Assembly (NCBI GenBank): GCA_009103225.1
Contig: RHPI01000638.1
Coordinates: forward strand, 744,001-808,000
Direction: 5' to 3'
From: Chlorokybus atmophyticus
Taxonomy: Eukaryota; Plantae; Mesostigma and Chlorokybus algae
DNA length: 64,000 nt
A model generated the notes under the pieces. That model was not told the origin of the DNA and made no database searches. It worked only from the letters and a program-made list of their open reading frames with translations. Below, piece after piece: positions 23,259-36,153 of the stretch. Every line of letters begins with the position of its first letter. The first letter of the stretch is position 1. Both the position numbers and the translations under genes were made by a program.

Positions 23259-25272
23259 TCAACCGAGCGGTGGTGGGGACTGCAGATGATGCAAGTGCTG
23301 CTGCTGCTGCTGCTGCTGGTGTGGGTGCTGAATGGCCACTGGTGACTGCTGCTGCTGATGAAGTTGCTGCTCGTGCTGTTGCCTATGCTGTTGTTGCTGC
23401 TGCTGCTGTTCTGCTTCCAATTGCAGCTGCTGCTCCTGCTGCCGCTGTGCTCGCAACTCATGCGCTCGTCTTCGCAGCTTGTCGCCGGATGGTTTGTACA
23501 AAACGAGGGTGACGTATTTGCTTCTGTATCGGTGGGTGACACCCATGATGGTCGCATCTGTTGTCCTCGACTTCTCCACGTACGCGTGATTCAAGATAAC
23601 ATGCTGCGGCCGCGGCAACAGAGCTGGCGAGTCTCTTGCTGGAGGAGCGTTCAGCAGTGTCAGGTGCAAGTGCGGCGGAACCGTTGGCGGCTCCTTGGCA
23701 TAATCATCAATGTTCCACATAGGATTGTCATAGCTTGCATATGGAGATCCTGACTGCTCAAAAGCAGCCATGGGATCTTCCGTGGCCGGTGCAGGTTCCT
23801 CAACTTCAATGACGTTGTTCACATTGCCCTGTTCATCATACATGGCTGGTTGATCGGGGGCATACCTGAAAACACCAAGTTAGCACATGAAACACCTTCC
23901 ACGTGTCTGGACTCAGTCTGCGCTGTAAGGGCTGCTAGTTCCACTCACCTCCATTCCCCATCCACAATGAACTTATACTGGTAGACACCAGGCAGCAACA
24001 TCTTGGCAAGTAAGAACTCCTTGCCACTTCGCTGCATGCGATGCCTTGTCCTCCACCCATCAAATGTGCCGTTTATATAGACTTCACTTCCTCCATGTGT
24101 CCACCTGTTTGCCCAAGACATGAGTTACTCATGATTGTATTGAGATAAAGTAACAACAACGCCATCAGGCTGCCCTTGAACAACCTTATAACAGTGGCAA
24201 CAGGCTGAGGTTCTGCAATGCCAGAGGTCTCCGGACCACTTAGCCCCATAGCAGGTCCATCCAGCGCAAAGTCATCTGCTCGAGGTATTGGTTGCATAGG
24301 TATCTGCACGACACGCTCAGTTCAAAAGCCAGCGTTTGTCTGCAATATTCCTCCGTAACAACCCAACAGCAAGTGCTGTAAAACACGTCAATGTCATTTG
24401 ACCATAATATATGATATGTGCAAAAGTCTGCTCACGTGTTCCGCCCAGTGTAACATCAAGTTGAGGGAGTGCATTCTCAACAACTGGACTCATGACACGC
24501 ATCCCTGGCGACTAAACCACGCCTATCCTATAATGCAAGATTGTCTTCAAACAACAGAACAACTCCAGTTCTGGAGTCAACTACAAGAGGTCAATCATTG
24601 AAGAAGGACTTTGGTTATCCAATAAAAGTGGCCTGTGTGCTTGCAATGTGCGCAAGATCCAAACCGGGATTGATGGTGCTGACAGCGTGCTGTTTAACTG
24701 AACTGAAGCATTGAGCCGCGTGCACATGTATTTAAACCAAGAACATGCATCGCCATGGCAACCGATAGCCGTGGAGCTGCAAAACTCAGAACAACGACAA
24801 TGCTGGAAGCACAAGACCCAATAAACCATACACTCCAATCCAAGTCAATGCAACACCAGGTTTCTCGTTGTGCTGCAGCACAGGGTGCATTGCAAAGAGT
24901 ATGTATTGCAGGGGATTTGAAGCGGTAACTTGCAGCTATGCAATCATTTCGACAGTGATCCAACAAGCAGTCGACTAACTGCATGCAAAATCCACGATGG
25001 GCAAGGCGCCAATGACCTCTCACATAATGAGGACAAACCGAAATAATCAATTGCCATACCTGAGGTGTAAACATGAGGGGCGAGCGATCCATTGCAGGCG
25101 ACCCCGGAGGACTACCCATGCTTCCAGCCATGTCCTCAGCAGAATCCCGGCGTCCTCCGCCACCGCCAGAGCCCATGCTGGTTCTGCCCGCTCGTACAGT
25201 CCCGCCTCCTGCACCTCCTGCTCCTCCTCCTGCTCCGGCCCCCTTGCCGGAGCGCACATGCATGTTCCCCAT
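23259..25272 (-). CDS. SnRK1/AMPK beta regulatory subunit (4 exons) with a C-terminal polyQ extension
   Basis: N-terminal MGN (myristoylation-type) start. Plant KINbeta-like SPLMFTPQ|IPMQP. CBM48 WTHGGSEVYINGTFDGW..YQYKFIVDGEWR. ASC domain PPTVPPHL..PRPQHVILNH..THRYRSKYVTLVLYKP. Confidence 0.95.
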
Positions 25273-25786
25273 GACAGCTAGGATTTTATCAACGCCGGCC
25301 ACCGGCCGCCCTCTGCGTCATGGATGAGCAGCAAACTAGCTACTACCACTCTTCAAGGTGGCTACCTACGACGGCCACCTCTCGGACAACATCAGACACG
25401 CCCTCAAGGGCAAGATTGCAGCGCCTTCAGGCCCAACCAACCCACGCTGCTACTGCAAGGGCGGCGAGGTGAGGTTGAAACGTCCGCGCAATCCACTGAA
25501 GCTCCTTGCGCCCGCCAGGCAGCAAAGATGATGGTCTTCAACAACGCCACGCGCGCTCTGTGCAGCAGTTGTCGCAGCGCTTTAAGGCAGCCCCAGCGCA
25601 CCTGCGCTACAACAACAATGCCGCCGACCTCAACGCCGACACCACCTCTGCCGCCAAGCACAGCAATGGGCTCCAAACCCTAAAGCAACGTTAGTTTGCC
25701 GGTGTGACGTTAGCAGTTGTGCCTTCCCACTTTGCTTCCTTTCTTGCTACCCTCCCATTGTTCCTTCCTTGCGCCCCTATCACGTG

Positions 25787-25840
25787 CCAGCCAGGCCAGA
25801 ACTGGCCAGGCCAGGCCAGGCCAGAACTAGGTCAGGCCAG
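25787..25840. repeat. (CCAGG)n pentamer array in the divergent SnRK1beta/DRC2 intergenic region
   Basis: CCAGCCAGGCCAGAACTGGCCAGGCCAGGCCAGGCCAGAACTAGGTCAGGCCAG. Confidence 0.8.
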
Positions 25841-25998
25841 ACCAACGCCAGACCGGGGAGGAGAGCGACTTGCCGTTGAGGCCAGTGCGGAGAGCGGGTG
25901 GTTGAGTTGAGCGTCAGGGGTGTAATCAAGCATTGTGTGTGATTGCGAGTTTCAGTGCCCAAGCGGGAGGGCAAAGGGAGAGTGTTTAGCCTTTCAAG

Positions 25999-28900
25999 AT
26001 GGTGAAGCTGGACAAAAAAGTCAAGGGAAGCAGCAAGGTACTCAAAACATGGTCTCAAGTCAGAGAAATTGCGTCCATACAAACAGCTGTAGCATGTGGT
26101 ATACTTCCCAGAACGGCATCAGTCCACTTGACTGACGCCGTTCTGGGAGTGTTGCACACAGTTGCGTGGGTACAACAGTTTCTGCCCTTGTCGCTATGTG
26201 TCAACCAACCCACATTCTTTCCTGTCTGTTGGCTCCAAAAATCCTGTTTCACATGCTTGCTGATAGTGGTGTCCTGTCCTGTTCGTCTTTAAGCCTTCAT
26301 CCGCTGTTTGCCGTCCACGCAGGTGAAGATGAAACCGTTGACAGAAGAGGAGAAGCTCATACGACTGGAGATGCTGGCTCTTCAGGTAAGAGCTGAGGGC
26401 CCAAACAGTGGAAATAGAGCAACGTAGTGATACCTATTCAGATGGCAGTGGTTGGAAGAAAGAACAACCATGCTAGTATTGAGTGGTTGTCTTTATGACG
26501 CACGCGCACGCATACGCACACGCGCACGCGTGCAGTTTTGGCAGAAGCACATCACAACTCAACAGGGCACACAGCATGCAACACAACGCCGTCAGAAAAA
26601 CGTGCGTGTTGCAGTATTCTATCCACAACCACTTGCTGCTGCACCAACCGTCCTCATTGTCTCAGCAAGAGGAGTCCCGTCGTTCCCGCGAGGAGTCCGC
26701 CCGTCTGCGTCTCCAGTCCCGCCTGGCTCGCGAGTCCGAGATCGCGCGCGCCAACTCGCTGAAGCTGCACGCCCACTGGCGCGCCATCATGCGGGGGGCG
26801 AAGGCGGAGGAGATGAGGGCGGGAGTGGAGATCGCGGCGCAGAACCATGAGAGAGAGGTGGGGGGGATATGTTGTTTAGTGATGGCACGCACGCACGCAC
26901 GCACGCTGATACCAACACTTGCCTTGCTGCAGATGGACAGGAAAGACGCCATGATCCAGATGCTGGACCGTGACCTCGAAGACGGTGCGTAGTGGTTTGG
27001 TGTGGTGTGGGAGGTGCTCGGGTGTGCCAGTGTTCCTGCTTGTTGTGTCACTCAACATGAGTAACAACTGCGTTTTGCAACGCTGCAGCTGAGGAGCAGT
27101 ACCAGGTGGCGTTGAGGAGCCACCTGCAGATCATCGACCAGATAATGAGCCTGCAGTTCGCGTGGACTCAGGCAAGTGGGGTCGTGAGTGAGACATAGTA
27201 CTATGCAATGTGGCCTGATGATACAGAGTGTTGATGTGCGTGAGTCACGCAGGAGATCACGGATGAGTTCAACACGGCTGTGACAGCACTGGAGCAAGAG
27301 TTTGAGACGGAGCGCAATGACTATACAGCTGCTCATGCCCACCAAAGGGTAAGAGTAGTAGTAGCCACTATGGTCTCAGCTAGATAGCATTGCGTGTGCA
27401 TGTGTGCGCGTGCGTGCGTGCGTGTGTGCGCACGCGCGCGCGTGTCTGTGGTCGTGTCTGTAGTCACGCTCGACAGCACACAACAACGCTGTCATCTGCG
27501 CGCATGTGCGACAACGTATTGCTGAGATGTTGTGTCTTCCTGTCGCGCAGAAAGACCTGCTAGACATGATGTCGGCGATGGAGACCGAGTTCGGGCAGGC
27601 CGAGTCCGACGCCAGACAGGTACGACTGACATGTCTGTGCGACAATTTGTCCAACCGAACCAACACAACAAGTCCAACGGAACTCGACGTGTGCCTCATG
27701 CCAGGAGTTTGAGAGCGCGCGCGAGGAGATCCGCAACCGCCATGCGGAGGAGTACAACGTGCTGAAGATTTCGCTCGAGTCCACCATCGAGGAGCTGCAG
27801 CGACAGTTCGACCACGCCCACCAGGTGCGGTGCAGAACAACATGCAATGTAACAGTAGTTACCAGAAGTTACGCCATACTGTTACAACCGGTATCACAAC
27901 TACCACCACTGGCACTGCTGGTGATACTGGTGCTGCTGTTGCTTGGTATCGTGTTTGTGGCAGCATGTGTGTCGGTCAGCATCACTGGCACCAAGCTCTG
28001 GTACTTGCAGACGTGTAGGCCACTGGTACAAGTAGCCCGTAGCATCTCTGAACAGTGCCACTGTGACTTCTGCTTTTAGTACCGACATGTCATTTCCAGA
28101 AAGCAGTAGCATCAGTGACATTCGGCAGGTATGAGATACACATACCCACCCACACACATCCCCCCCCCACCAGGCCTACCTCTCCGCGACGGACCAGCGC
28201 GCCTCTTCGTTTAAAGAACTCACCGAGCGCGACGCCTCTTCGGCCTCGATCATCGAGAAGCGCATGCGCAAGCTGTCGCGTCTTCAGGAGTCGCTGGCGG
28301 TCTGGCGCGCCAAGACGGGGACCAACACGCGGGAGTGGGAGGGGAGGAACAGGGCGCTGAGGGAGGAGAAGGAGGCCATGGCGGGACACTATCAGGTGGG
28401 GAGGGTGGGTGGGATAGTGCATTTGTGTTGTGATCAACTATGGATGCATCGTGACCTTCTTTGATGTGTAGAAACTGAGAGGGCACATGAACAAGTGGAG
28501 GGCTGCGGCTGGTGCGCGTGTGGCTGCGCGGTGCGCGCGCTCGGGAGCATGCCTCAACTCACTGCAGGAACGCCTTGCGCAGGTCCGTGCTTTCTGTAAC
28601 TATTGCGCACACACACACACGCGCGCACACGCACACGAACACGCACACGCACACGCGCACGCGCATACGCATACGCATACGCACACATTTTCTCACTTGC
28701 AGCACCTTGAACCACAATTTGATGCCAGTAATGAACAGCGTCACATATGCTGCCACTGTACGTGAAAGCACTTGTAGTTTGTACCAACACACCCATATGT
28801 GTGTTCCCGTCAGGCCGAGAGGATTCTTAAACTCGGGGAGCTGAACCGCAAGATGGAGACGGAGAGGGAGAAGGTGCTGCCGTTCCACCCGCTCGAGCCG

Positions 28901-29842
28901 TGTGCGGGCAACAACAAGAATGAGGAAGGAGAGGTGTGCAGCTTGTTCTGTCGTATGGGTGAGACAGCATGATGAATGCAAATTGTCTAATGACTTTGTG
29001 ACCATGCAGGAGGGCACAGTGCCCAAGGAGCTGATGCTGACGGCAAAAGAACTGGGCTTGCAGGTAGAGTGGATGTTGTGTTGGCTTGTGTGTGTACTGA
29101 CGTCGCACAACAACATGCGTTGTGACAACCTTGCGTGTGGGTGTGTTTGCGACGCTTGGTGTTTTTGTATCAGATGGGAGATGGTGCACAGAGTGGTGAT
29201 GCAGCCGAGTCTGAGGTGCGCATCAGTACTGACGAGTGAGAGTGAGAGAGGAGACCAGGCTTTACGTTGGTGTGTTGATTGAGTTGTGTACAAATCACCT
29301 TTGCAGGTGCCGGTGAAGCCCATGTCTTCTTACGCCACGGACGAGAACGGCAAGATGGTGGAGGAGTGGGACTACCTCAACAACTTCTTCAAGCGCTACA
29401 ACAAGGTAACGAGGAGTTGTTAGTGTCACACAAAGTGGTGCAGAGCGATTGTTTGATAGGGAACTGCCACGTGTCTCTGGCTCACTGTGGACAAATGTAG
29501 GCCAGGTGCATGGTCAGTGGATACACATACAGATACACGCACACGGGCATGCACGCAGATGTACAGGCACACGCGCGCGCGCGCGCACACACACACACAC
29601 CACACACGCAGGTCCTGTTGGATAAGCTGGCGGTGGATCAGGAGCAGGCCCGTCTCCTGAAAGAGAACGCGGACCTGCGTCAGATCCTGAAGCAGTACCT
29701 GGACGGCATCTCCGTGAACCACGACGTGCTGACGGCGCCGCAGGGGAACCCGCTGTTCGTCGTCAACCACAAGCTCAGACTCAACGCGCCGGCGGCGTAT
29801 GAGGTGCAACGCAAAGCAGCATCCAATGCGCAGATGGCGTGA
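25999..29842 (+). CDS. DRC2: Dynein regulatory complex subunit 2 (CCDC65 family), multi-exon
   Basis: [49 protein letters not shown]; [10 protein letters not shown]|[33 protein letters not shown]. Confidence 0.92.
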
Positions 29843-31049
29843 GAGGGATGGGAGTGGCATGGGAGTGTCATGAGATGAGAGTCGGATGATGGCATGGTAG
29901 CAGTGTAGTAGTAACAGGACATGTATAAATTTTCGCGAATGTGTTCGTTGGTTTGCTATCGGGGATATGCCTTGGCATGCACGCAACCTGCAACCAAGCT
30001 GTCTTTCTTGCTTTCTTCTACACGCACTGTTTTCGGTAAGGTATAGAACGGGCTGATCACGAGTTGTTCGTTGCTGTCTGCCTGCAACGTTCCTGCCTAC
30101 TGTTTAATTGATTATTCCCGCGCACTTACAACTTAGCACATCCAGAAAAGACGTAAACGCAAACACCACATTACACCTCGTCATGCCAAAGTAATAAACT
30201 GCAGTCGCCAAGACAGTGTCTGACACGCATGTTTGCTATGCAACATGCACCGCCAAAGCAGCTTACAAGAGTCCAGCATCACGTGCAACTCCAACTTGCG
30301 AGTCTGCAACACTCGGGGCGCACGCAATTGCAGCGACTCAGGTGCCAAGGTTCACAATCACAACAAGTCATACTTTGTACTTGCGATTGATATGTGGTAA
30401 TCAAGCTGACTTTGGTAGTGGTAAATTATAATCAAGCCCACATACTGTCTGTTAGCGCAGCATGCGCACAGTACAGGACTACGATGCAGAAAGGGACATG
30501 CACACATGTTGAACGAGCGCAAGGCATCAGTGCATGCTCTGGACTTCTGTACACACAGACTGGACGCGCGTGCAAAGGATACACATGCACACATGTTTTT
30601 GGCAGATAGCGTCGTCAGTCAAACATCAAATAGGCAACGCTTTCTGTGCTTGTGAGTGTCTGACTTGCGCATATTATGCACATAAGGTCTAGGAGACGTG
30701 CCTGAGGTTGTCATCAATGCTGCACAGCACTAACACAAACTAAAGCATCATTTACCACAACTACGGATATTATGAGATATACACAGCGACAACCGTGCTT
30801 GCTAGCATACCGCTCGGTAGCCAGGCGGTGCTACCGCACACCCAGCCTGACTACCCACAACCAACATAACCAACTCACGCTCCTATGCACAATCTGCTAC
30901 ACACATGTGACACAAGTACGCAGCTGCCGGCACACATGCATAGCGCGCGTGGATGTCTATGTGCGGTGATGCAGTTGTGCATCATAGACTGCGCAGAGGA
31001 GTAGCTCCTCTCGCTTGTGCGCGCGTTCAACAGTGTCTTAGCCACTGTT

Positions 31050-33847
31050 GGCCCCAAAAGATGTGGCATACCTGCCTTCCGTTTGGTAGTACAATGGGAA
31101 GCCCACCACCTCGTTGAATTGCTCAAATGATGGCAGCTGCAAGGGAGCTGCTATGAGTGTCGATGTTAGACATCGCCGTCGCCACGCAGAACAGACATCA
31201 GTCATACTCATAGTTCACACGAGTACACCAAAGACATGCACACCGCGGATGGTGGCGGCATATGGCCGGACTTGATGGCAGCCAGAGCGTCTTCCATAGA
31301 CGTATGGAAACCGCCATCAAGGACAAAGGGTACACCACCTGCACATGCACAACACAACATCCCAGTTACACAATTGAAGTAAGGTACATCACCTGCAGTA
31401 AGGTACTTCCCCTGTTGCAACGCTTACCAGCTTGTAGCCGATATCTTGCAGTTCTGCTGGAGATAAAGTGGGAGTTTTACCGCCTCCTTCCAACATTCAC
31501 CTGCAGCAAGATGCATGTTAGTACACGCACGCCAACACTGCCTGTTGGCGTGCGTGTACTAACATGCATCTTGGTTTGAGTGTGCGAACATGCTTGACCA
31601 GTGCAGGTGTATTCCCAGCGGCTTCCCATATGGCTCGCATTTCTTCAACGTTCTCCAGTGCGTCGACGACCACAATATCAGCACCAGCGTCCACGAAAGC
31701 GCGCACACGGCACAATCTGCACAGATGCCATGGGTGACACACCACAGTTGCATCTTCACATGCGCAACATCCATGCAAGTTACGCTTCTCCGAGGCTGTC
31801 GGTTGAACGGGCATCAGAGCGCGCCACAATCAAATTGTCTTGGCCTTCATATCTTTCATCTACTGCTGCTCTGATCCTTGCCAATGCTTCCTACCATGCA
31901 CCCCACACGCAAGTTGCGCATCTTGTCACAGATTCAATTTGGCATTCTGATACTGATAAGCACGCAGTCCTCCAGACCTGCCTGTCTATGACTGTCTTCC
32001 CTAAGGTGTGTCCGCAGCGTTTGGGCATGACTTGGTCTTCAATCAGAATGCCTGCAAAGCCTGCACGTGCATACCCCCGTACTGTCCTGCATGCAAAGCC
32101 CACCCACTTGGCTCTTGCTTCCAATGGAAGGAGGCATGGCAGCAACATGCAAGAGATCAATTGAACCTGCGTACGTTGACGGCATTGCCATAGCCAGTGT
32201 CTCCATCACCAATGACGGGTATGCCAACAGCATCAACAATGTTGCGTCCCTGGTCAAGCATCTCTGCAAGAGCACAAACGCATTAGCTCGCACCATCAGC
32301 AATGACAACTGACAGGCATCTATACAGCATACACACCTAAGTCAAGTCAGAGCGCACTACACAGTGTAGTGCTTGACTTGGATGTGAAATACTGTACCTC
32401 CATATGATATGAGGCCGGTATCTGGCACAGCCAAGCGAGTGCAGCAACACAGGATCCTGCAATCGCTTACACAGCTTTGGCGCTTAGACAACAACACGTT
32501 TCAGCTCAACACCTCATATGCACAAGAGCCGTAACACTCGTTAACGCCAAGGGGAAACCAGCACGCTCTATTAGGCGGGCACTCAACGCTTCATAACAAG
32601 CTGGAGCCTGGAACGAGTAACTCTTTGTTAATGAAGTAGCCCTTGAAAAACACAGCAACAGTTCATGCAACAGTTCTTCTTCTGTGTCAAGTTTACCTGT
32701 AGCAAACCCGGTTCTGCCAGCAACCGCTGCAACTCGCACGCTGCAGTGCTGCATGTGGTTGAAGAGCTACCCTGCTGCATACCGGCAGTAGGCACAGCCA
32801 CTTCTCGCCTCCCTCAGTGTCACACAGACTGCACCGAAAGAGCAAGCAGTGTGTTTCAGCTACAGGCTGCAGTTACATACAACATCCCAGCTGAAAATCG
32901 GTCGTTTAGAAGCGGTGCAACAACACTTAAGTAAATAACACGAATGTATGGTAAGCAAACCTAAGTTTGTGACAGCACACATAACGTTTTACAAACTTTT
33001 ATGCAGTGTCCCGCAAGGTCAGCTACAAGGCTGGCATGGCATACTAACAACACAGCGCGTCAAGTAGCAGCTAGAAGAGCGCCGTCACACCTTTGTGTCG
33101 CCATTCGTTGCAGAGAACAAATGGCTCGCAAAGTCCAAAATGCCCTTTAGGCCGTAAGCCTAGCTGGACAAAGTACCTCACTGCCGCTAGCACAACTTCT
33201 CAAGGAAAGCAGCACATAAACGTCGTGACCTTCGACACCAGCACTACCTTTTTTGCTGGTGTTGCGTGCATATAGCTGAAGTATTGCAACCAGCATGCGA
33301 CGCCAACGAGATGCAGAGCAAACACAGCACAGCAACTTCGATTGAACTTGACATGCATGCGCCACCCACATGCAACCCTGACTTGACTCATGCACCGACA
33401 TGTCAACGCATACCAGGGTACAGTGTAGTAGGTGGTTGAAGCTGTTCCATGCAACAACCAGAACAAGCCAACAACACGCGGACGGAGATGAATCGAGCGT
33501 GAATCAGTCTGCAAGGGTGCCTTGCCAGAGTCTGGCTTGCGATAGCAGCAAAACGAGGGCGCTGTGCCAAAGGTCAAGTGCAATCTTGGCAGATACCTGA
33601 ACTTGGCACATGCATGCAATGCCGAACAATCACTGCAACAAAAACGCTGTTTCAAACATAACAAGGCACATGGCCGCCCAGAACAGCACTGATCAGAGCC
33701 GCTGATCAACCAACTGCTACCAGGCAAACACACTAGATCACCACTAATGGGGGGGGGGGGGNCAAGGGTAGGCAAGCAGGCAGGCAGGCAGGCAGGGGGC
33801 ACCACCTGCGCAACAAAGGTGTAGGGCGCAGAAGCCATCTGCAGCCG

Positions 33848-33878
<31 letters not shown>

Positions 33879-33998
33879 ACGGCCTGGGCCCTCCGCCAGA
33901 GCCGCAGCTGCCTTGCATGCAGCTGCCACAACGGCTGCAACGCTTGTCACGCTGCGGAGGACTCTTCCACCCATGCTGCGCCACTGCGCGCGCAACAT
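31050..33998 (-). pseudogene. PEP mutase / isocitrate lyase superfamily gene (PrpB/CPEP-mutase-like) with three apparent frameshifts
   Basis: LQRLLAEPGLLQ|APACYEALSARLIERAGF, IPVIGDGDTGYGNAVNV, GILIEDQVMPKRCGH, ARSDAR, RAFVDAGAD, MLEGGGKTP. Frame breaks near 32440, 31495 and 31295. Putative first exon with GCCACCATG at 33998. Confidence 0.85.
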
Positions 33999-34412
33999 GG
34001 TGGCGGTGGCGGTGCCAGAGGCGCGGTAGGGCAGGGCAGTAGGGCGCCCGGCGGCGCCCGCTGGGCTTGCTCGCAGTGCAGGTGCAGGTGGTACATAACA
34101 TCCATGCTGTACACTATGTGTACAGCATGGATGTTATGCTGTTGTACAAAAGGGGTATGTTGGGATGATAGCATGCATGGTGTGCTGGCAGTAACAGTGA
34201 CATTCACCAAAAACACTCATCACATAGGTCACCATCAGGCTAGTATTTATATAAGCCTACTCTTTGCACAACCCCTATCAGCCTGCCCCGTCAGTCGTGC
34301 GAGCATGCATGAAGTAATCATTTGCCCACATGGGCCATGTATTGCTGCATTGCTTGTGATAGTTACGGCGGTATATAGTGTGATAGCGTGGTAGCGTTCA
34401 GTTGCGAGGGGN

Positions 34413-34695
34413 AAGGATGAGAATGAAGAGGTCCTCCACGAACCTACACACTGGATGGTGCGTTTGCGAATGCCAGCTCGCGTTGAGTCCAGCTGTGGAA
34501 GCAGCGCATCTCGCAACCGTTCGTGTTCAGGTATGAGCAGCGGACCGAAGCGCTGTAACTCTTCTTGTAGTATGTCCAAACATTCGCTTCGCACTTCTGG
34601 ACTGACATCCTGTCGCCAAGCTCGTCAGTATGTCATACGCAAAAGGCAGGCAGACATTCTTCAAGAGAAGCAATACTCGCAGGCACAAGCAAAAG
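34413..34695. repeat. 283-bp identical copy of CAND1 segment 45731-46013, bounded by G-runs and an N
   Basis: Same sequence at offset 11318 wherever compared; GGGGN on the left and G9 on the right. Probably an assembly artefact. Confidence 0.85.
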
Positions 34696-36153
34696 GGGGG
34701 GGCTCTCATTGCGGTGAAAGTGCCTACAAATGCAAGTACCATATCTTACGTGCTTACTTGACTCTGACCCAGAGTCAAGTTTTATGCCGATTATGCGTGG
34801 AGAGATGTAGGGACGTCGATTGGACCTGATGGCTTCGCAGCCTAGCCACGATCGACATCTACTACTTAACAGTACTATCTGACAGTACTTACCATAAGCA
34901 GCGCTCAGCCGGGAGGAAGAGCACGTGCAGCTGAGTTGGCTTAGTGTTGCAAATGTGCTGATCATACGTCATCAGATAAGTTTGTCGCTTTGGTGGCAAA
35001 GTCGTTTATCGCCCTTCTTTCCACGAGCTCATTACCAATTGCGCATGCAATGTGATCCAGCACAAGGGGTTGAATACAACCACATATCCGGAGTTATGTC
35101 CATGTACGGGCAGGAGATTGCTTATGCACGTCAACGCGCTCAAAGCGTAAATCTGTTTGAGAAAGGGTCCACAGCCGTGTGTGTGGTTCCAATTTAACCA
35201 TCATCGCAAATTGCTCGCATGTCCGATGTGGCAGTGCTGTTGACACAAGGGCTACGCAGTGATATGCTGTGGCGTAAATAGTCAGATGACAGCATGTATT
35301 GTTGACTTGCGTTGTTGAGGTTGGCGTTATGGCTTTGCTAGCCTTTCAATACACGATATATCAGTTACCTTACAGGTAGATGTTGACAAAATGTGACAAA
35401 TGACACCAACAATTTGCGAGTTTCTTGCAGAATTGGGTACATCGTGCTCCATGTTGTTACACTCAATTGCATAGCAATAGGTGAGGCAACTACAAATACT
35501 GCGCAAGACAGTGTACAAGACTTTTACTCACATGCGTATTGTCCATGCATGTGCATCAGCACTTGCACACCCCATATCCCAATCTACCAAACATAATGTA
35601 CACCTCAAGCAAGGCACGATCAAGGCGGCGGCACCACTCAACCTAGCATGTGCCTGAGCTAAGTGCGTGAGGGAGGCGGGTGGGGTTAAGGAGCACAGCA
35701 GCAGCAGCAGCAGCAGCACTAAACCGACCTGTAGGCACAAGGACATACATGTGCCCAAGGACCACAGAGCCAGCATCATTATAATGGGTGCCGCCATCCT
35801 CCACACCAACCTGTGTCACAACTGGCCCGGCAAATAAAGCTTGGTAATGACAAGCAGCAATCCAAAATTAGCTATCCTAACACCAAAAGGTCATATGCAA
35901 TGCGCGTGATCCATTACTTACAATAACCGTCAGTGTCCTGCTGATGCTACCTACTCGAGCCGGTACGGCAGCCAGTGGGTCCATGCAACCTACAAAGCCT
36001 GCGTCTCTCCTCCAAACCACTATGAGGGCAAACAGTCGTACTAGCTGTGTGGCAGCGAGCAAGGCATAATTACAAGTTGTTAGCCGCTGAGTCACGAGCA
36101 GACAACATGCGTGAATTGACCCCGATGTGAACTTGGTGTCCCTCTTGATACCT

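Noticed and set aside
27165-27190. Possible GC-AG intron in DRC2 (CAG|GCAAGT)
   Set aside because: An in-frame consensus GTGAGT donor lies 12 nt downstream, so a GC donor is not required.
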